From: Octopus vulgaris
Taxonomy: Eukaryota
Length of the DNA: 64,000 nt
Direction of reading: 5' to 3'
Assembly (NCBI GenBank): GCA_951406725.2
Contig: OX597834.1
Span: 10,540,001-10,604,000 of the forward strand
A program made the position numbers and the translations under genes. Positions 57,103 through 64,000 of the stretch are shown one piece after another (position 1 is the first letter of the stretch; every line of letters begins with the position of its first letter). The notes below the pieces were generated by a model that did not search any database, had not been told where the DNA came from, and saw nothing but the letters and a program-made list of their open reading frames with translations.

Positions 57103-57507
57103 GGATCTTTTCGGTTTGAACGGCAGTTTTTAACATAATTTCTAGGTAACTAAAAAATTTTAAACTTCGTGTACTGGTTGAATGTGTTTATAAAACATAT
57201 TTTTCTCTTGGCTTTATTCAGAAAATTGTATAGTTTGTAAGATATTTGTTGTTTTTTTTCTTCAATTTCTGCAATTTCAACCAATCAATGACGTCCATTG
57301 AGGTAAAATGCATTCTGTGCCGTATGAATATGTCGCTCGTTTAAGAAACAAATTTGGTTTATTTACATGTGTGAAGAAAAAAAGATACCCTTCCCCCTAC
57401 CCTAAAATAGATTGAAATGCACTAGATCGATACTAGGGTCATAATCATGAGTGACAATTTCATATGACACCGCTAGAAAAAAACTGCCGTTCAAACCGAA
57501 AAGATCT
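57103..57507 (+). mobile_element. Merlin-like MITE with a 32-bp flanking duplication
   Basis: Same TIRs; GAAAGAACTCTCTAAAAACCTC(T/C)AAAGAACTG on both sides. Confidence 0.9.
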
Positions 57508-57869
57508 GAAAGAACTCTCTAAAAACCTCCAAAGAACTGTCTGTTTATTCCATGTTTATTTGCCTCTTAATTATTATTATTATTATTATTTTTGGTTATA
57601 CTCAATGGTTTTGTTTATTTTCATCTCTTTTGACTTCTTTAACTACTGCTTCTTCCGCCTTAAGCAAGTTGGTTTGCTGAGCCCGCCTACGATCTTTTGA
57701 GCTATTGGACACAGACTGTTGGTGGTATCGTATGAAGCATAACAATTTCCTTTTATGAACACAATGGATAATATTATAAAGAGCAACGTCCTGTCAACGA
57801 TTAGCCAGAGATGAATTTTAAAATGAGAATAACTGAAATAAACTGCCTGTTTTCATAAACGAGAATACT

Positions 57870-58110
57870 AAAAATGAACCCGACCGCCCTCAAATATTAA
57901 GTAAAAAAATCCGGAAAATTAATCCCAAATCCCTGTTCTGTAGCGGATTGATCTCCAAATCTAATCAGTTCGTGCCAGTGACGAGACTAAACATCCATGC
58001 AAGTTTCATCCGAATCCATCCAGCAGTTCTTGAGATATCTTGTCCACGGACAAACAAACAAATACGACTAAAAACAATACCCATGCATTGACTAAGGCGG
58101 AGGTAATAAT
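57870..58110. mobile_element. Probable Helentron/HINE-like non-autonomous element end
   Basis: AAGTTTCATCCGAATCCATCCAGCAGTTCTTGAGATATC..(ACAA)n..GGCGGAGGTAAT layout, recognised from memory of DINE-1/HINE-type elements. Confidence 0.45.
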
Positions 58111-58905
58111 GATTTCAAACTTTAGCAGAAGGACAGCAATCAAATACATAACAAGGCCTAAAATTTGTGGGAGGGGACTAGTCGATCAGGTCGATCCCAG
58201 TGCTCAAAAGGTAATTGTTTTACCGGCCCCGAAGGATGAAATAGAAAGCTGACCTTCGCGGAATTTAAAATCAGAACGTAAAGATCGGTGAAATGCCGCT
58301 AAGCATTTTGACCAACATACTAAGGATTCCGTCAGCTGAAATTCTTCTTCTTACTATTATTAATAATAATCCTTTCTACTGTAGGCACAAGGTCTAAAAG
58401 TTTGGGGGACGGAGTTAGTCGATTGCACTGACGGCAGTGTATCACTGGTACTTATTTAATCGACCCCGAAATGCAAAGTCAACCTCGGCGGAATTCGAAC
58501 TCAGAACACAGTGACAGACGAATTACCTATTTCTTTACTACCCACAGGGGGCTAAACACAGAGAGGTGACAAACGAGAAGAGACAAACGGACAAAGTCGA
58601 TTACATCGACCTCAGTGCGTAACTGGTACTTATTCGTCTCTGAGAATAATAATAATGATAATAATAATAGATATTATTAATATTAATAATAATGGTTTCA
58701 AATTTTTGCACGAGGCCAGCAAATTCTGGGACGGTGTTGAGTCGATTAAATCAACCCCAGTACCCAGCTGGTACTTATTTTATCGACCCCGAAAGGCTGA
58801 GAGGCAAAGCCGACCTCGACAAAATTTGAACTCAGAACGTTACGACGGGTGAAATACTGCTAAGCATTTCGTCCAGTGCGCCAACGATTCTGCCAGCTCG
58901 CCGCC
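58110..58905 (-). mobile_element. Cluster of three degenerate SINE family B copies
   Basis: Repeated TGGTACTTATTT.ATCGACCCCGAAAG..GACCTCG..GAACTCAGAAC; head CTGCCAGCTCGCCGCC at ~58890. Confidence 0.75.
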
Positions 58906-59778
58906 TCTGCTAATTAATAATAATAATACTAATAACAAAAAACAATAATAATAATAATAATGATAGTAATAATAATAACTGCCCTAGGTGTATGGAAAAC
59001 ACTCGGCGAGAAACGAAAGAAAATTTGAAGAAAGAAGGAAATAATAATAATAATAATATTAATAATATTAAAATAATGATGATGAAGATGTTGGTGGGGA
59101 AATTCTATCCAATTTTTGTGTTCTGGGTTGTACCATATCTCTCTCAACATCTCCCTATATCTTAGACAAGCAACACTTGCTTTAATGCGCGCACTGATAA
59201 GAAAAAGGTTCGCCAACCATGTATTTTCAATGATATCCGATTCCTTCGACCTTCCACGACAAGGCTTTGTGTTTACTTTGGCTGTTACAAAGCACCAATG
59301 AGGATGCGAATAACTGTCGCTCTTGTGAGTCTATGAGTACGAAAATAAGATTATGTTGAATACTATAAATGGTTTCCGCAGTAGGAAAACCTCTTTTTGT
59401 CTCTCCCTTCAAAGCACGATTTATTTGAAGCATGAGCAAATGAACATAATTTGGTGTAATTTTAAAATGGACCATAATTTTCAAAGGCATCGCTACATTT
59501 TTAAAGCTGGGGGTAAACAACAGAAAAATGTCTTTAAAATTTTTGTTTACACTCATTGCGTTTGTACATCCAATATGGCGACTGCGTCTAATCATGACAC
59601 GTGACAAATCGCTCTAATGACTAAAACAACGCAAATTCCATGCAAAGAAACTGATGTAAAAGTGAACTATTAATGAACTCTAATTATTATGAATGTACAT
59701 CCCTTATGTGGGAACACGCACATAAACACACATCTCCGATAAGCAAACACCCTTACATATAGACATATATAGCTATAG

Positions 59779-60025
59779 TCGAGGAGCAATGGCTCATTGG
59801 TTAGGGCAGTGGACTCAGAATGGGCGTTATGAGTCTTTATTGAGCGAAAACACCTAGAGCTCCACGACTCTCAGACAGGGTCGCTGGCGAACCATGCTGT
59901 ACTCTTTCACCACAACTTTCTCTTACACTTTATTCTTGTTTCTGTTGTACCTGTATTTCAAATGTACCTGTATGTCACACTCTGTGTCACGCTGAATCTC
60001 CCCATCGACTACGTTAACGGTACAC
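59779..60025 (+). mobile_element. SINE family C, degenerate
   Basis: TGGCTCATTGGTTAGGGCAG..TTGAGCGAAAACACCTAGAGCTCCACG. Confidence 0.7.
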
Positions 60026-60300
60026 GTCGGCTCAGTGACAACGTTTGACACAATTATGGATGCACTAAATGCGACAAGCTGCCAGAATCTTTAACATATC
60101 GAACGAAATACTTCGCAGTATTTCATCCGTCTTTACATTCTGCCCTCACATTGCGCCGACATCAATTTTCATCCTCTCGGAGTTGATAACGTAAGTACTA
60201 GTCATGTACTGTGGTCAATATAAACGACGTCTCCTTTCCCACAAAAATTACTGGCTCTACGCCAAAATGTCAAAGCAATGTTTTTGTAGTAAAGTGTCTT

Positions 60301-60652
60301 TTGGGCAAGTGTCTTCTACTATAGGCTTAGGCCGACCAAATACTTGTGAGTGGATTTGGTAGACGGAAACTGAAAGAAGCCCGTCGTAAATATGTGTGTG
60401 TATATTTATATATATATATATATGCGTGTGTGTGTGTGTATGTGTGTGTGTTTGTGTGTCTGTGTTTGTCCCCCCAACATCGCTTGACAACCGATGCTGG
60501 TGTGTTTACGTCTCCGTAACTTAGCGGTTCGGCAAAAGAGACCGATCGAATAAGTTCTAGGCTTTAAAAAAATAAGTCCCGGGGTCGATTTGCTCGACTG
60601 AAAGGTGGTGCTCCAGCATGGCCACAGTCAAATGACTGAAACAAGTAAAAGA
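60301..60652 (+). mobile_element. SINE family A, 5'-truncated
   Basis: Homologous to other copies. Confidence 0.85.
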
Positions 60653-61019
60653 AACCAGGGAAGTACCGCACTCCATGCGATCGTTTTCCCCCTTCCCCTC
60701 AAAAACCTCTGGCTCTGTGCCAATAAATGGAAGCCATTGTTTCATTCTGGGTTTATTGACTATATTTCATATGTATTTTTCGCCTTTATATTCCTGGATA
60801 AAACCCCTTTCATAGAAGACCTCTGTTAGAGCAGAACCTTGTCTTATATTGTAAAAACGGAAGGCATTCAATATGTACAAAATCAGATTTTAAATTGTCC
60901 TTTTTTTATTGGCCCATATAGTTTTATATATTTTCAATTCTGCTTGTAGAAATGCTATTAAAAGCAATCAATAATATTATTCGCCATTATTATTAAAGTA
61001 CAGTTACTATTCACTATTA

Positions 61020-61230
61020 TGAGTGATGGTGACAATGATAATGGTTACGATGGTTACGGGGTTGTGGTGGTGGTGGTTGGTTGTGGTGATGATGGTGCAG
61101 GCAGCGACGACACTTATGGTATGAATGATGGCGATAGTTTTTCATGCAGTTGTTGTTGTTGTAACTGTTGTTGCTGCTACTGATGATGATGATGATGATG
61201 ATGATGTTGGCAATGGAAATAAAGCTGATA

Positions 61231-61267
<37 letters not shown>

Positions 61268-61668
61268 GAGTGTTCATGCTGAGACTGATGGAGTCGTTGC
61301 GGGTGGTGGTAGTCAGTTGGCGGGGTGGTTGTTCTTGTTGGTGGTGAAGTTTATTATGACTATCGAGGTTGATGATTAGGGATGGGAAAGGTGACGGTGA
61401 TGATGAAGATGACGATGATGATGACGATGATGATGATGATGGTGGTGGTGGTGGTGGTGATGCTGACAACGACGACTACGAGAACGATGATTATGATGAT
61501 AACGATGATGATGATGATGGTTGTGATGATGATTGTGATCATGATGATGATGATGATGGTGATCCTGACGACGACTATGAGAACGATGATGATGATGATG
61601 ATGATGATGTCGATGATGGCGGTGATGGTGATGATGGTGATCCTGACGACGACGATGACTACGAGAGC

Positions 61669-61766
<98 letters not shown>

Positions 61767-62050
61767 AGAAGAAGAAGACGACGACCATATTAATGATCAT
61801 TGTAGTGACGCTGCTGCTGCTGCTGCTACTGCTGCTGCTGATGATGATGTGGATGATGAAGACGATGATGACGACGGCGTCAGTCGTGATCATTGTAATG
61901 ATGACAATGATGTTGATGGTAATTTTGATCATGCCGATCATGATGACAGCGATAATCTCGATAATGATGATGATGTTGATGCTGCTGCTAGTGGTGGTGG
62001 TAATGATGATGATGGTGGTGGTGGTGGTGGCGGTGGACGTCGCGATGAGA
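61020..62050. repeat. Degenerate (GAT)/(GAC)/(GGT) trinucleotide microsatellite
   Basis: Seen directly; produces poly-D, poly-M and poly-I ORFs in several frames. Confidence 0.9.
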
Positions 62051-62784
62051 GACACAGTGGCATTTAAATTTTATTTGTATGTATTTGTGAAGAATGTCAA
62101 GCAGGAGGTGAAGGAGTAGTAGTGAGAGTAGTAGATTAGCAGTAAGGGTTATCCAAAAAAAAAAAAATAAATAAAACGAAAAACACGCAAATAAATAAAT
62201 ATGGACCGTTGTTGAATTTAGTTCATTGCTTTTAGACACATATGAAGAAATTAATAGTTATTGCGAATGAGGGAAAACAAGAAGCATTCAAATGTATATA
62301 AAGAAAATATATTTCTGGAGCCGCATTCTGACACCTTTTAAGGCGCAGATTTGATTAGTATTTCTTTTTAAAAAATCTTTTGTACTAAATAACGTAAGCT
62401 TTTAACTGTTGTTAATGGCAAAATAGTGTTTTTGAGACAATCATATGGGAACGGCCGCTTTATTTACTGCTCGTATTTCATTTGCAGAAGCCTAAAAGAA
62501 ATATTTCTCCCTGAAGTATCGCTTCTTTTATACTTTTCAATCTATTAAATAACGAAGCCATATTTGTATACACACTCACACACATGGGCACGCACACGTC
62601 TGTCTGTATATACATACGCACACACACACATGCATACCTACATGAATTCATACATAAGTACACACATATATATATAGGCACATATGTATGTACACACATG
62701 CATATATACATGAATATATATATATATATAAATACATACGCACATATATATAGACACACATATAGATATATACATGCACACACA

Positions 62785-62838
<54 letters not shown>

Positions 62839-62924
62839 TACATGCACACACATACACAGACGCTTATATATGTGTGTAAATATATACATGCATACATACA
62901 AATATACATATATATGAATAGGTA

Positions 62925-63006
<82 letters not shown>

Positions 63007-63094
63007 CATAGATAGATAGAGAGAGAAAGAGAGAGAGATGTACGCTGCTACATTTAAAGATGTGTGTTTATGTGTTGGTGTGACTAACTGTGAC

Positions 63095-63134
<40 letters not shown>

Positions 63135-63472
63135 TACATACATATATATATATATATACACCCGTTTTATCCGCCTCTCTTTGTCAATCTCTGTCTTTCT
63201 CGCCATGTCTGTCTCTCTAGCTGCTAGTTATTTTCGAAACAATCTCTGATAATATTGTCCAAAACTTTCCAAACTTATAATTGTGTATGTTTCTCTATAT
63301 AATTTTATTACTTTCTCAAGATAATTATCAACAATATCTTTTGTCGATTGGGGATTGGTTTATTCGGAAATGAAGTTTTAGACCGAACGAACGAGTGAAA
63401 AGGAAATAAGAATTTGATAAGGCGGGAGAGAATGAGAGAGCCAAAGATAGGAGACAGAAAGTTTGGTAGATA

Positions 63473-63559
<87 letters not shown>

Positions 63560-64000
63560 AACGTGAGTGTAACAGTAAATAACAGTAGTACAACTTTAAT
63601 CTGAACTTCTAACTTATAATTCATCACATTTTCGTCAGGGATTTGATATTTATTAAGTAAAATTTATACAAATTTTTAAAGGGCTTTCAGAATCTGAATG
63701 ACTCCTATTAAAGAAAATGCCTTTTTGAGTCTCCTGAAGGAAATACCTATACACACATATGCATATATGAAAACGAATATATACATGCATACGCACACAC
63801 AAACATATGACCTTGTTACGATGTTCATAAGTTCTATAGGCGTGAATTTTGACCAGGATTAAGCATAATAACTTATTATAAAATGAGGGTAAGTCTTCTC
63901 ACGTTATGTTTCTAGTACTGACGTGTCTAATACTCCTGATAAAAAGAATTTCATCGTGAGAGTAGGAAAGGACAACATAACAGAGTATTCCCTGATTGAT

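Noticed and set aside
59260-59605. Forkhead- and YY1-like motif cluster as an enhancer
   Set aside because: Short motifs are expected by chance in AT-rich DNA; no independent support
61369-62067. 232-aa Asp-rich ORF resembling a biomineralisation protein
   Set aside because: Degenerate (GAT)n tract open in several frames; no signal peptide or splice support visible

Overview
AT-rich, repeat-saturated eukaryotic intergenic or intronic DNA. The SINE families and microsatellite load suggest an octopus/cephalopod genome (inference). I can support no host protein-coding gene; nearly all ORFs in the track are microsatellite or SINE translations. Contents: (i) at least four tRNA-derived SINE families; (ii) LINE remnants (RTE, R4/Dong in (TAA)n, Tx1/L1-like tails); (iii) Penelope-like fragments in (TA)n tracts, three of which carry minimal type-I hammerhead ribozyme motifs; (iv) DNA transposons: a piggyBac-type MITE, a Tc1 remnant, a long-TIR MITE and a ~430-bp GG..CC MITE family with 8-bp TSDs (Merlin-like); (v) modular non-autonomous Helitrons, including a head-to-tail dimer; (vi) two tRNA pseudogenes. 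The most striking object is a ~3.87-kb almost entirely palindromic Merlin-like element (45725-49592) with a perfect 8-bp TSD. It is built from nested modules, one of which also appears as optional cargo in the Helitrons.
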